DNA of 63,521 nucleotides, filler included, from Phoronis australis (GCA_002633005.1; 7 parts of 7 records of this genome joined end to end with filler, not necessarily neighbours in it), one strand, 5' to 3'. Positions 26,524 through 39,711 are shown, counted from the first letter of the whole stretch. Notes: generated by a model from the letters alone, not told the origin. Made by a program: numbers and translations.

Positions 26524-26559
26524 CACCAGCTCCGCCCATTCCAATCAAAGAAGTTGTTC
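26524..26559 (-). CDS. 36-nt symmetric phase-1 micro-exon, type A (GTTSLIGMGGAG)
   Basis: cttatttacag|GAACAACTTCTTTGATTGGAATGGGCGGAGCTGGTG|gtatgt. Confidence 0.45.
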
Positions 26560-26599
26560 CTGTAAATAAGAAATTGATTTTACGATCACTACATGTATA

Positions 26600-28406
26600 T
26601 CTACATGTATAAGTGAATCTGGACGCGCCAGACATTATGTATAGAGTCAATAGGTGAAAAGTCACCTTGAGGGTGTTACCATAGTCTATAGTAAATGGAC
26701 TGCCAACTCCGTATATTTTCATTGGAATACATGTGTGTTCCTTCACATAACCCTTGGCGTCACTATTTACTAGCAACATTTTGCAAACATAGCACGTTTA
26801 AATCCGGCAAGTAAGATGGCTGCTCATATCATAGTCAATCGATTTACTCTTAAGGTAATCAACGTTTGACGAAATGGACAGTGGCTTCCACTGTGATCCA
26901 ATTACTAAAGGGATGCTGGCCACTAAGGCACTTTAATTTAATTACCATTGCAGCTACCAAAGTAACTAACGTTTGCAAAAAAATAAGAAGAGGTTCCCCC
27001 TATCCCAGCATTAAGGCAAGGGATGACGGCCACTTGGGCATGTTGTTTGCAACCATCTACTCCATTTAACCTTCTCAATTTTTTGGACTTAAAGTATTTC
27101 AAATCACACTCAAAGTATAACGCCATATGGTTATCCCCTGGCGCAAGCAGTGTCGATTTGGCAAATGAACAAGGGAGTGTTCGAAAAACAGGATTGCAGG
27201 AGTATGTGTGTAAATTTGGAACAATTAACGGCCTTTTCAGAGGCATTTCTCTACGCGGTACTTCTAAATGTATAGCAACATGACTTATGGTTTAACCTGT
27301 GTGATGCATAATTTGCCGAAATGCATATGGCACACGGAGTACCTATAGTATGATCACCGTATCTACTGTGTCAGCGGTATTGTCTAAGGCCTAGGCAGCC
27401 AAGGGACTGAACAAATTAAAAAATTAACTGGTAATAATACTGAAACACCTGGAAAACACCAAGATGTACCTTTCAAAAACAAGTACCTGTTTTTTTAAAG
27501 ATATAAAGTTCTTACGTCTTTCTCTTTCTTGAAACGTGGTCCATAATATAATTTTCCTGCTAACAACTGATGCACTCGTGTTTCAGAATATTCCTATATT
27601 GTTCAGGTAAAATGGGTGTGTTGCGAAAGTGCTTCCGGTGAATCATACATGTACATGTATATGAGCCTCTGTTAGTCACTCGGTAAGGGGCAATTGCCTA
27701 TTATCTGAACGGTTAGTATGCTTGCCGGTTTTATGGGGGTCGCTGGTTCGATTCCCTAGGTCGGCTAATCTCGGCTATTACTATAGGTGTTCTAGATTTT
27801 GGAAGTCTAATCGATATTCTTTGGAAATTTTGGGTAACATCTGTATCACTTTCATATGCTTCAGCTTACGTACTGCTGCTTGTGTCTTGAAACGTTGGTA
27901 TATCTTCCTATGTCCTTTCAATTTTTGGTCTGTCACTTGGTCTTCTGCAGCAGTATGCAGGAGATGCAGCTGTTTTCTGCACAGAAACCTCTTCTTCTTA
28001 TCAATCTACTGGTTTACAGAGTTCCACAGTCCATCAGCTTTTGTCAGGATGCTTGTCTAAGCTTTTTCAGGTTCAGGCATTACAATTTTGTGCTGTTTGA
28101 TAAACCTTAATTTATACAGGCATCACACTCCATTGGAGCTTCGATATTGAAATTACTCCGCACAACAATACAATCTTGCTCTCTGATTGGTCAGTTCATT
28201 AGAAAAGCTCCACCAAATGGCAGGAATGTGCATAATACTTCGTGCAACAAAAACACCTGTGTTTAAAAAATGTGGAAGTGTAGACGTGGGAACTGTTTGG
28301 AATTTGATTTATAGGTATATTGTTTAGAAACATAGAAAAAAACTAGGTTGCCCCCCATCCAAAGTACTCACAAGGATAAACGCTATGAGATTTGGCCCAC
28401 AGACTA
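26600..28406 (-). mobile_element. 5' part of a degenerate Academ-like DNA transposon (partial second copy at about 21520-22962)
   Basis: Terminus TAGTCTGTGGGCCAAAT at 28406 is homologous to the terminus at 42286. Broken minus-strand reading gives HRKIYQRF, LKHECISC.QEKY and HTCIPMKI...DYGN..TFH, typical of this transposase N-terminal half. Confidence 0.55.
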
Positions 28407-29845
28407 CGGGGAGTAACTACTAGTCCAAAATTCAATGCGGCTGAATGGGATNTAATTCCCGTCTCTGCTTTTGTCATGTTTTTATCAATAATTAGGCTTC
28501 ATTCGTGAACAAACGTTTTAGCACTGTGCCCAACGGTCACTCATTCGCCGGTCTTTCTTCTAAAAATGATTGTAATACTTCAGATGGTTCATGCAGAAAA
28601 GTTTATTTTTGATTAATTTAAAAAAATCAACAAGACTGCCTATTATTAAGAGAAGTCGGAGTAGATCCATGTAATCATTTGATAACAGACAGCTGTTCAC
28701 ATTTGACAACATTTATCACCACGGTTGCAATAATAGTTATAGTTTAGAAGGCGTTACAAATGATTGAATTAGTTGGTTTGACCGTTTGATATGCTCGTTG
28801 AAAGTGGGGCAAGCCCCTGTCATCTAAACTATGTTCAAGGACAACAGCGGTAGTGGTGGTAAGCAGGTAAGTTTGAGATAACTTGGGATAAGTTGGTACA
28901 ACTAATTTCAACTAACAGTACGACGTACTCTCAGAGGGAAAGACATGCAAAGAACTTCTTACACGGTCCCATCTTTGGCGGCAAATCCCATATCCATGTT
29001 TATTCAAGCGGAGACAAACCCCAAATCAAGAAACGTGCGATAGCCTAGTTGTGCTGCCTCAAGGCGTATGTCCCTGCTCGCGAGCGGGAAAGCCTTGATT
29101 ACTGTGATTTTTAAACATGTTTCAAGTTTTAATATTACAACTTCAAAGACTGTTGATTAGATTCTGATTTGAATATTTAATACGAAATCTGAATGCAATT
29201 TAAAACTGTTCAAGCATAAGATAAAACTATTAACAAAATGTAACTGAATCAGTTAATGTTGCGCAAGCGTGTTTTTACAATACTTGCGTCCAGTGGTTGA
29301 AAATTTTAGACACGCCGAATTTTTCGGCAAAGAGAACTGGTCGTTTTGATGTTTCATGTGATTTTGTCGGAATTTCCTAGAGGATTGCCCATGTCGTAAA
29401 CCTGAGACGAGTGTAGGATTGTGTTTTTATGTGTTTTGAATGACCGCCGGTGTCGAGCTGACGGATAGACATTCGGTTGCTTTGAATAGATTAGAATACA
29501 TTTGTTATTTATTATTGTCTGCGTAAATTACAAGCAATGGTTATGGAAAACAAAACTACTGAACATAATTTTTTTAGTAAAAACCAGGAGACTTATAACA
29601 CGTCCCTCATTCTGATCCTGAACTTGAGGTTGGATCGGATTCAAGACCCCAGACAGCCCGCCAAAATTACTAGTGCATGGCTTTTTATAGACCAAAATAA
29701 TGCACGTTAGGACGAGTCTAAAACAGATGTGACGAAATGGAACACCCCTATAAGAAGAGTCAACTAAGTAAGTGGTGCGAAACTAAATTCTATAATTCAC
29801 AAAGCGAGGGCGCGCCCCTCACACCAGTAAGAGTAACATACCATT

Positions 29846-31345
29846 AACTGGAAAGATTATTGTCACGGCGTGACAATAATGGATTCTGTGAGTTTACCAA
29901 TATGAAAAGGAATTCTTTAAAATTGTAGCGGAAATTACATGTTAATATTTAGATAACAATTCCACTAATTGGCCCCCTCCGGTGCATTATGAGCCCCTAT
30001 GAGAGAATAATTGTAAACTCGATTAAAAGTCTGGCTAATGCTAAGAATCACAGATGTTTGTCTTTAAGCAGTTCAGAATACAAGATGAATGAATTGGTCA
30101 AACTTTCAGAAGAAAAATGCACCCAATGACCCCATGGATGCACCAAATGACCTGAAAAAATTAGAATTAAAACTCGATCGCATTAATTAAACATATATTT
30201 AATTTTGAAATCTCTAGCTCATTTTTTAGTCTGCACTCACTGACGTTCGACCTATTTTTTCTGATTGGTTAGGCCTATCGCGTAGTAAATTAGGGTTTTC
30301 CATTGGCACGTTGACTTACACCAGTGTGCTGAAGTTGGAAAGAATTCCTTGAAAAGTGTAGGAGATATAAAATTTTGAACGTTAGAAGACCTTTGCAATA
30401 AGTGACCGCATTATGAGCACACTTAAGAGAATTATTGCAAAGCCCGTGAAAAGTGTGCTTAATGCTGAGAATCACAGTTGTATAACGGTTGACACATCAG
30501 AATACTTGGTGAATGAAAAGGACTAATTTTCGGAAGAAAGATGCACCTAATCACCACTTGGTTGCACTAAATGACCTGAAACTTTGTAATTCGAATTGAA
30601 TTAGATGCACCAATCAGACTTGTGAATTTGAAGAGCCTAGCTCAAAATTCATAGTTTGCACATGATGACCTTTGACCTGTTTTATCTGAATGGATGATTC
30701 GATTACTTAGAAAACTAATGTTTTAAATTGACATGTTGACTTATACCTCTGCACCGAATTTGAAAAAGATAGGTTTAATACTGAAGGATTAGCATTTTGA
30801 AAATTATATGACCTTTGCATCAAATGACCTCTTCTGCTGCAACGTGGAATATGATTATATAACGAATTAAAATTTATGTACTGCCTAAAATCACATGAAG
30901 AACTGAAAGAAAAAACCTGCACCCATTTTGGAGTTATTAAGCCTCAAAGTTGGTCGGAAGAAGAATAAGAAGAATAAGAATAAGAATAAAATCGGAGAAA
31001 ACCCAGGAACAACAGTACTCTGCGCTTGCACGGGCAGAATAACAAGAATAAGAATAAGAATAAAATTGAAGAAAACCCACGAACAACAGTACTTTGCGCC
31101 TACACGAGCAGAGTTACAGTATAAAATTGAAGAACACCCAGGAACAACAGTACTCTGCGCTTGCACGCGCTCAGCAATAAGAATAAAATTAAAGAAAACC
31201 CAGGAACAACAGTATTCTTCGCTTACATGCGCAGATTAATAAGAATAAACTTGAAGAAAACTTAGCAACAACAGTACTCTGCGCTTGCACGCGCAGAGTA
31301 ATAAAATTCAAAAAACATAGGAACAACAGTACTCTACGCGTGTAA
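29846..31345 (+). mobile_element. Non-autonomous Helentron-type element with six tandem copies of its 3' end
   Basis: 5' perfect hairpin attattgtcacg-g-cgtgacaataat (29856-29880), internal diverged repeats, (AAGAAT)n, then about 60-bp units gaacaacagtactctgcgc-ttgcac-gcgcagagta at about 31008, 31081, 31142, 31204, 31266 and 31321. Confidence 0.65.
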
Positions 31346-34299
31346 CAGTAACTGATTTTGCTTAAAATTAATTAAGGGTTTCGGTTTTAGATGCCTGACC
31401 CAATTTTCCCAGAATTGATGATTGACCCCTAATTTTGCTTGCGTTCATAATTTCAGTTAATATGCTTTATCTTTGTCGTAGCATTTCAGCAATATGAAGA
31501 GCTTTTTAAGTGCTGAAAAGACAACAGTGGAAAAATATGTTCAGAAAAATCCGTTTTGAATAGACATGGCCTGGTGGATTGAAGACGCGGCACTTTCAAA
31601 TTCATACGCATTAAAGCAGCTAATTTTGAAAACCTCAAAATTTGGTAGCTTATTTTGAAAGTGTCATGCAGTGATTTTGTGCGAGAGGGTTTTTTCCTTA
31701 AACACCAGTGACTGTAGATGCATGCATCAAGTATTCTTTTTGATTTTCAAATCCTGAATCCACTGTGGGCTCACCTTATCAGCTCTACAGTACAATGAAA
31801 GTGCCAGTTAAGCAATCGCACGAAAAAGGGCAGGTCCATATAGGCGAGGTGGACAACCAGTGGCGCGTGCTACTAGAGTAGATGTAGCGTATGGTAACGT
31901 ACAGACTTGATGACGAATTTGTTGCAAGGTATTAAAATTAACAAGTGTACTAGGAAAAAGCACAGTACCCTGAGTAATGAGTCTTCGAAGGGTCGACGCT
32001 CCTCATATAAAGCCTGTATAATGTTCTTTCGGAGTAACATTCGCGTCTCAAAAAGAAAGCAATCCATTTCATTTATACGGAAAACCTTGTTTTTGTTAAC
32101 TGATAGTTCAAACTTTATTTTAATTTCGACAGTGGAGCTTGCGTTTTGATTGTCTCTTAAACGAATTTGACACCCGATTTGTTGAATATCACTTCGTTTG
32201 AAATAATACGAATTACAAATGAGACAGATTCGAGACAATGATTTCAGGAACAATATATTGGGTCTTTATTATGGAATTTTAGTCACATTGGGGTAGTAAG
32301 AATTAAACTGTTGCAACTCAGTCCACAATAACAATATTTCTGTCAAAGCCGTCTAGCAAAATATGTTAAAAGATGTGCTGTGTTGCATAACATTTCAAAA
32401 TTATCCGCTGGATCAGTTTGGTTGTTGGATGACGTCTGGTGCATTGTATAGCAATAACAACGTTTCACGTGATAATGCCACGTCATCATTGCAATGAAGC
32501 GTAAAACGTTTATGCAACTGGACCCAGTTTTACAAATACACGTGTAAGTGTCGAACTAGATTTGAAGCTGCCGCCAAACAAGGTTTAGTTTATTACATGT
32601 TTAACTAATTCAGTTATCGGATATGTTCAAACTTCTTGATGTGACACATTCCACGACACACAGTGGATGCATATACACATGTTTAAAGGTTAACTTGGAT
32701 GTATTCCTTATCTCTCGTTCAAGTGGTTTCATTTGTGACATTGATAAATTATCCTGCAAGTAGTGTTGCGGAATGTAAAGCTTCACCACGCGGATATTCC
32801 CCCCGGGACATCAAAGATGCTATGTCTCATTAAATTGTAGGTATGCAAACAAAGTGCTACTTTACAAATAACCCAGATCTTCAGGTGTTCCGGAAGCCAT
32901 TCAGGTACCAGTTACAGTTACAATCTTGCAAACGTCTCCTTTGTTTTTATGTAAATGATTATGGTAATATTTCATCGTCACCCTAATGAAACGAGGATAT
33001 CAAATATTGATCTACTCTACTATTTCCAATTATTAGGTATCCTATGTGTGTGTACTCGTTTTTATTTGAGGAGTTTTCTTGAAAACTGACGTTTATTTAC
33101 ATATTGTTTCTTTTTCCGATAATGCTGCAGTTCTCAGGCTAGTCTCTGGGTGGCTCTTGGTACAAATTTGAATATTCACGGTTTTAATGAGACAAAGCAT
33201 CTATAAGATTACGTATACTCCTAACACCATCACCACGCCTATTGGAAAAATGTAGTTTTGAAATGAACATTGGATAGAGACGAAGTCCCCTGAAAATGAA
33301 CAATAGATGGCTGATTGACTCGGGTGTGTTTGTAGGTTTTGCAATTGTGATATAGTTAATTAAATTGAAATGATGCTTTCACACAAATCTTGTGTGTTTG
33401 TGGCAACCTTTCTGATAGAGGCATTTATCACAAAACAAAACAACTAAAACCCAATGGGGGTTGCTTCGGGAACATCCAGTGTTTGTAAAAAATAAGCATT
33501 TTGTGGGGCTATCAGCATATGTAACCTTAAACGTGAAGATCATCGGCAAAAATTTTGCAATCTTGAGATCAAAAAATGACTGTTTTTGAGAAAAGTGTGA
33601 TTCCCTATTCGTTTCCCGAAATTCAATACCACTGGAAGCTCAAAAACATGACGTTAATGCATGATCAATTCTTGATTCAGATTTTGGTCAGCGCAACTAT
33701 TTGAGACCAACGTCCACTAGAAATTAGACGTAGCGTCCAAATATGGGAAAGGACGGACTTTTCGAGATGTTTGCCGCACATGTGTAGGTTTACCGTAAGT
33801 TTAACAATTTTGATAGACGGGGCAGAAAAGTTGGACGCGTCTCCCATAATCCGAACGTGCACAGATTCACAAATGAGCTACGATGAACGTACCTTCGTCA
33901 CATGTGCATTGTATCATCCGCGTATTTGAGGCAAAATGACTTCATAAAATCCGAGATTCCCCAAAACCACTTAGAAGAATGGTGTTTACATCATTAAATT
34001 TTATTTCAAATTTCAACGTTTGAAGAAATATCAACGTCAACACCAAACGCCAAAAAGTCATCTAACAAGAAATCCAAAATGTGTAAATTCACTTGCAGCC
34101 TACATAAATGGATTGATAAAAAGCAGAACTCCAACACTAAATTCTAATAACAACTAACACTTTATCCAACAACTAACACCTGAACATCAAACAAACAAAA
34201 GAACTTCCACGTTGGTAAAAACAAAACCCGTTATAAAACCAGTACACAAAACGGGCATTTTGATGAAGGCTCCAGAATATAATGCCGAAAAAATTTTGG

Positions 34300-34701
34300 C
34301 CTCTGATGGTGGAAATATATAGAGTATGCAAATTGCAATTCACACAGAGGCCGTGTGTCGTGCCTTGGAGCTTTATCCGGTAGTGTAGCTCATCGCAATC
34401 ACAACGGAGGCTACGCAGGGTAAGAATTTGCTGGCACGGTCAGCTGACACTGCAAGAAGAAGTAAAAGGAATGTGCACTTATTTGTTAGACTGACTGAAA
34501 CAGCATGAATCAGACCAACTTACATGCAAGGTGTACTTTGCCAGGTAACCCTCATACTGTACTCAATATTCTGCACGTAAATGTACTCAACCTTGTCAAT
34601 AAGATGTAGGGTAACGAAAGAGGTGGATTGGGTTAGTAAACTTAAAAGGTCCTCTTCTGGGGAGAGCCACTACTTCGCATATATCATTTGAGAGTCGCCA
34701 T
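34300..34701 (-). pseudogene. Two decayed exons (34701-34524; 34449 to about 34300) with a UEV/UBC-fold-like reading
   Basis: Clean 74-nt intron (gtaagt...ttttacttcttcttgcag). Broken reading WLSPEEDLL...LHLIDKV..VQYEGYLAKYTLH|CQLTVPANSYPA*PPL, with stops and a frameshift. Confidence 0.35.
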
Positions 34702-34809
34702 CTATAACTGAAGGCATATCATTTCAAGCGTTCAAGCTTACTTAGATTTCCTTAGAGTGTAACGAATTCATTACATAAAATGTGGACTAAAGGTCAACTG
34801 CTTTCTTTA

Positions 34810-35169
34810 ACTGAAATTGCATAAAATAGTGAACGGCACACGCAATAGGCTCAGACTGTTTAGACGTGTGCAAGGCATCCAGACTACTATTCTCTCACGA
34901 CGAAGTAAACACATTGGCCATCGTGTGTTGCAAATGCACTTTTGCTTCTTGACGGTACATAAACAATAATTGCAGGCGGTCTCATACACGTTTTAACACA
35001 CTTGCTCAGGCCTCGTCTGTGAGCCCATTGCACTGATCATCCGGAACAACTTTATTCTTTATCACGGTTTGCTTAGAACTGACCTGAGGAATTGTCAGTC
35101 AGTGGGATTCTAACCCACTACATTGCGTAAACAGAGCGAGCACCTATCACACTAGGCCACACTGCCTCC
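34810..35169 (-). mobile_element. tRNA-derived SINE
   Basis: Minus-strand head ggaggcagtgTGGCCTAGTGtg...GGTTAGAATCCc has Pol III A- and B-box-like motifs, followed by about 280 bp of non-tRNA body. Confidence 0.6.
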
Positions 35170-35699
35170 TCTATTGAGGGTAGAGAGATGTACATGTACA
35201 CGTACAAGAACTGACCTTATTTGGAACTTTAGACTAACACAAGATTGTGATTTATTGTTTTTTTATATAAAACTCAAAACACACCTAAGGCAGTAACAGT
35301 ACAATCAAAGGTAGAGCAGTTCTAAACATTACAATGGGGGTAGTGGGTCGAGGGGTGTGGGGTTCGAGGGGGTTTCAGAACAATCCAAAATACTGGATTC
35401 GTAAGAGGTTTGCAGGTTAATACAAAAAGAAGCGTTAATGAATAAATGAAGTTAATGTTTGTTGTGAAAAAGGCGTTCATTTTACGTAATGTTAAGCTCG
35501 AATTTCATTGGGAACAAATTTTAATTTATACTAGACAAAAATGTATACATTCCTCTTCACCTTTGTTTCGACGTTCGCTGATAAGAAAGTTTAGCAAATT
35601 CAGCTTGTCGTTAAAGCGATCTAGTTTTTACTTAATACTCTGCTATTTCTCATCAACGAACAGAATTAATGTTTAAATAAGGTAAAGATATTGACATAC

Positions 35700-35732
35700 C
35701 GGCTCCTTTTCCGCTTCCAGACTTATTGGCAC
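35700..35732 (-). CDS. 33-nt symmetric phase-1 micro-exon, type A (GANKSGSGKGA)
   Basis: ctgatttatag|GTGCCAATAAGTCTGGAAGCGGAAAAGGAGCCG|gtatgt. Differs from the 36-nt copies by exactly one codon. Confidence 0.5.
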
Positions 35733-36832
35733 CTATAAATCAGAAATTAATTTCACCAACAGCATATTTATAAGTGAATGTTGGTGCGCAAGAACAACTA
35801 CAAAGTAAAGGGATGAAAGGTCACAGTGTGGGCGTCACAAAAGCAACATTAGATAATCATTGGCAATAGTAACATTTGTCGTTCGTTGAAACAGTTTGTT
35901 CAAATGCAGTCGTTTACTTAACAAGAAAAGTTCACTGTTTATTCATCAGAAAAATAAGCCTGCAGGACACCTAAATCTAATCTGTGTCCGCGAAACCTGA
36001 TTTGGTGGACGTCCTGTAGACCTCGGGTAAAGTGACATCGAGATTCTGAAAGAACGCCAGTGCAGCAATGCCAATGGTTGAGAACACCCGAACAATTGAC
36101 AAATCTAAAAAACCCAGCAAACTCAAAGACAAATTCCTACACCGCAATGACGTTCGATGAGAATCATTCCTTTGATAAAGTGCAAAAGTTGACAAAGCCG
36201 GTGGACGAAGTTCTTCCTGACGGGTTACGCAGCGTGAATCGTATCTAGAGACACGGAGAATAGATTTGTCAGTCTCCAAGGAAATGTATGGATTTCACTA
36301 TACCTACAACTAAGCACAAAGGTTTTAGCCAACTGGTGAATATATGAATGGGGACACGCCTTTAAAAGGACTTCCAAGCACCATAATAAACGGTAACATA
36401 CATACATGTAAATAAAGATCATGCCTGTTCTCCTCAACTGGAACTGATATAAAAAATACCATCAGATTTTTTGATAAACGTGGTAGAATTGGAAGCGCAA
36501 GGAAACAACTACCATCAGGGCGGCCTCAGTAGTTTAAAGTCCTGGTCCCAAAATGTACATGTGGTTCCAGTATCCGAAAACACTTACTAAATAAAATCTT
36601 ATTTTCGACACCCTTTCTTTATATTCTTTTCACCTGTCTTGCCAAAAGCGATTTTAACAGTATTTAACCTTTTTCTGTGAGCGTATAATTACCGGCTGTC
36701 ATCGGTTATTTCCGTACCCTCATTTCCGGCTCATCAGTTCAGGAACTTGTCCTGAATGCCGTCATTTTTTCCTTGTAACTGAATGTGCTACAGCTTGCTC
36801 GAAAAGTCTCCATTGGTTTGTTTTATTAGTAA

Positions 36833-37129
36833 CATCTCGTTATTTTGAATATCTTGTTTTATTCTTTCAAAAAAAGACGGCGAGTCCCTATTCGGACAAT
36901 ACGTATTAATTAGCGTAATTCTTGTCTCGTTAATAGTAATATCCAAAATTAATTTATTACCATTGTAGTCTTGCCTAATGTTATGTAATTTATACTCAAA
37001 AGTGTTCTTAAAGAGGATCGCCACTCCACGGGAGTTTGAGGAATTTGAATTGAAAAAACATTCATATCCCCACATTGATCTAATATTGTTTTCTTCTCTC
37101 TTAGTAAAGTGTGTGTCCTGTAGGCAATA
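36833..37129 (-). mobile_element. L1/Tx1-type LINE ORF2 APE endonuclease fragment (3'-truncated, no RT)
   Basis: YCLQDTHF...W...NSRGVAILF...LILDI...ITLINTYCPNRDSPSFF matches L1-EN motifs. The N-terminus lies in the gap. Confidence 0.85.
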
Positions 37130-37667
37130 NNNNNNNNNNNNNNNNNNNNNNNNNNNNNNNNNNNNNNNNNNNNNNNNNNNNNNNNNNNNNNNNNNNNNNN
37201 NNNNNNNNNNNNNNNNNNNNNNNNNNNNNNNNNNNNNNNNNNNNNNNNNNNNNNNNNNNNNNNNNNNNNNNNNNNNNNNNNNNNNNNNNNNNNNNNNNNN
37301 NNNNNNNNNNNNNNNNNNNNNNNNNNNNNNNNNNNNNNNNNNNNNNNNNNNNNNNNNNNNNNNNNNNNNNNNNNNNNNNNNNNNNNNNNNNNNNNNNNNN
37401 NNNNNNNNNNNNNNNNNTAGGCTACACTTGTAGTTTGGCAATTGCACATGGAGTACAGAAGCAGTTAAAGGTTAAATGGATAATGCGAAGCATTGGAATT
37501 ACCGTATAACTCAATCAACTTTACGGAAAAAGGAAAATTAAGCCATCTTTCATGCAGACTATAGTACAAAAGTGAGTAATCTTACCAAAAGCTGAATACA
37601 AGACGTTGGAAACTATTGCACTACTGTATTATGTTCTGGCTTGCGAGTATAATGTTGATCTGACAAA

Positions 37668-38339
37668 TTAGATGCCCTGTAAATCTTCCATGCTGCTCAC
37701 CGGTTTAATTTCATTGGCCCAGTTCTTGTAATAAATTCTTCCATCATATGTCCAGCAACTCTGAATCCGGGCGCCCAGGTCTCTACAAGCCTTGTACAGC
37801 TGTGCTCGTTTTTTGGTCAGATTCTCGTTAACGTAGATCTTGCCAGCTTCAGTTTTCAATTTCTTTTTATTTATCATGAATTCGGCTCTTGCATTGTAAT
37901 TCGTAAATTTCACTATAATTGACCTCGTCTCGGCATTACCTTGGATTTTTTTACCTAGGCGGTGACTGCGACATATGTCAGACCTCTCAACGGTAGGACC
38001 AATTCTTTTAGCTAGACCAATAACAATGTCGTCTGTGCACTCCTTGTCAGTTTCTTTTATTCCGCTGATTACAACGCAGTTTCGGTGGGTATACTGTTCA
38101 AGCTCATCCAAATCAGATTCCAACTTGTGTATCTGAGAGCCACTTTCTTGCTTCAGCTTGTCGAGTTGATTTTCAAGTGTTGTTATTTTTTTATCCTTTT
38201 CAGCCATTTTTGATCGTATTGAAGCTCTAGTGCTTTATACATTTCAGACAAACCAGCGTCAATTAAGGGCTTTATCATGTTTGTAAACAGTGACTGGATA
38301 TCTGAGTCCATGAGTGCCTCCTTTAGTTCATCTTTCAAT
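37668..38339 (-). mobile_element. LINE ORF1p (coiled-coil + RRM + CTD), one frameshift near 38208
   Basis: LDELEQYTHRNCVVISGIKE...DICRSHRLG...RSIIVKF...IYVNENLTKKRAQL...WTYDGRI. The upstream frame (LKDELKEAL...QYDQK) joins by adding one A to an A-run. Confidence 0.85.
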
Positions 38340-39323
38340 GGTCGAACGTAGGAACCAATGAGTTGAACCTTTTTTTCGTTTCGATTCTTTTTCTCGTTTT
38401 GAAAATGTACTTTGCTACCATCGGAAAGGTAGTGCATTTTACTCAGTAAAAATTGAAAAAAATGAAATTAGCAAAATCATTAATTGGCAACCAAACATGT
38501 GTGTATTCATCAGCACTTAAAGCAGGCAGAACCCGAAAAACCTACTCTCTGCCCATTACTACAATCTGGGCGGACCACATGTACGACTTGGGTACAGCGC
38601 CATCGTGTAGACTCTGAAACTACGCCATTGGATTAACTTCAAAGCTCGAGAACTCTCAAACAATTGATGATCTGACCAAATCTGAGACACACAATGATAA
38701 ATGCTACTCAGTATACATGTACCTCAGCGACGTTCATTACGCTTAACTATTTTGATAACGTACAACGGAAGACGAAGCTGCCAAATTGAAATGGCACTGA
38801 TGCCTGAAATTCTACTTGCGGACACGGGTAATGAGAATCGTGGAAAGAAACACGGAGAAATATTTCCCAGTCTTCCTCCAACGAAATAAATGGATTTGAC
38901 AATACCTGGGTGACTAAACACAATATATTTGAGGGTTTTTGCAAATGGTTTATTATGTCAAGAGGACCATGTCTGCATAATTTGCTCAGGAACAAGCACC
39001 GTAGCAAAAGGGACAGGTGTTCCTCAAACCGAACTTTGTAGACTCCGAAGCCCAAGAATAAAATGCCATCAGGGGCGCCACAATAGTTTATCCTGTTCGA
39101 CTGAAAGAAGTAGGAGTGGAAAAAACGACACAAAAATATAAAAATATGTCAACACTGAGAATAACCTACTCGCCTTGACTAGCTTCCACCTTCAACTAAA
39201 CACATTTTCTAGAATTTTACAAAGCAACTGAACGCCTAGTGATGATAATTGAAGTATTTCAGTTGAGACCTGACTTAGAGTAGGGGTGTAGTATGGGGCA
39301 CTCAAACTTCATTTTAAGCTTAC

Positions 39324-39374
39324 TCGTATCTCTAGGAGGTACTTTATTCACACACTGATTTGCAGATGGTTTGG
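39324..39374 (-). CDS. 51-nt symmetric phase-1 micro-exon, type B (KPSANQCVNKVPPRDT)
   Basis: tttttgcag|CCAAACC...GATACGA|gtaagc, open in phase 1. Degenerate paralogues at about 17250, 17500, 21080 and 25960. Confidence 0.45.
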
Positions 39375-39676
39375 CTGCAAAAACACGTCCATCAAAATAG
39401 CCAATGAATCGTCGACAACAAAATCCCTCCATAGTGGGTTTGTTGTGACTTACGTTTTAACACTTGACACTTATTTTTTGGGGGGTCTGATGCATGATCT
39501 TTATCGGGTGTTCGGATGTATTTTTAGCAACTACTTGAAATGCTTTAGTAAGATAATGACGCTGTTACTGCTGCCGTGAACGTGACCAAGTTTTTACTTA
39601 ATGTTTAGCTCTACGTCATTCTGTGAACAGAGTCGCAATGCATATGTAATACTAAATTAGAGAAATATGAACATAC

Positions 39677-39711
39677 CGCCAGTTCTACCAATTTTATTCA
39701 AAAAGTTGTTC
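39677..39711 (-). pseudogene. Micro-exon type A, 35 nt (one base short, in a T-run)
   Basis: cttacttacag|GAACAACTTTTTGAATAAAATTGGTAGAACTGGCG|gtatgt. Confidence 0.4.

Larger units (their letters stand above)
20305..28228. repeat. About 2.7-3 kb near-identical duplication (20305-22957 vs 25152-28228), probably uncollapsed haplotypes
   Basis: Colinear copies with scattered SNPs and indels. The second copy starts at single n 25151 and its contig ends at n 28452. Confidence 0.85.

Noticed and set aside
26524-26559. SLIGMGGAG as an NB-ARC Walker A motif
   Set aside because: The next codon starts with G, so it cannot be Lys, and the paralogous micro-exons do not keep the motif.
35085-35169. Functional tRNA gene
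   Set aside because: The B-box is degenerate, there is no convincing cloverleaf, and it continues into a SINE-like body.
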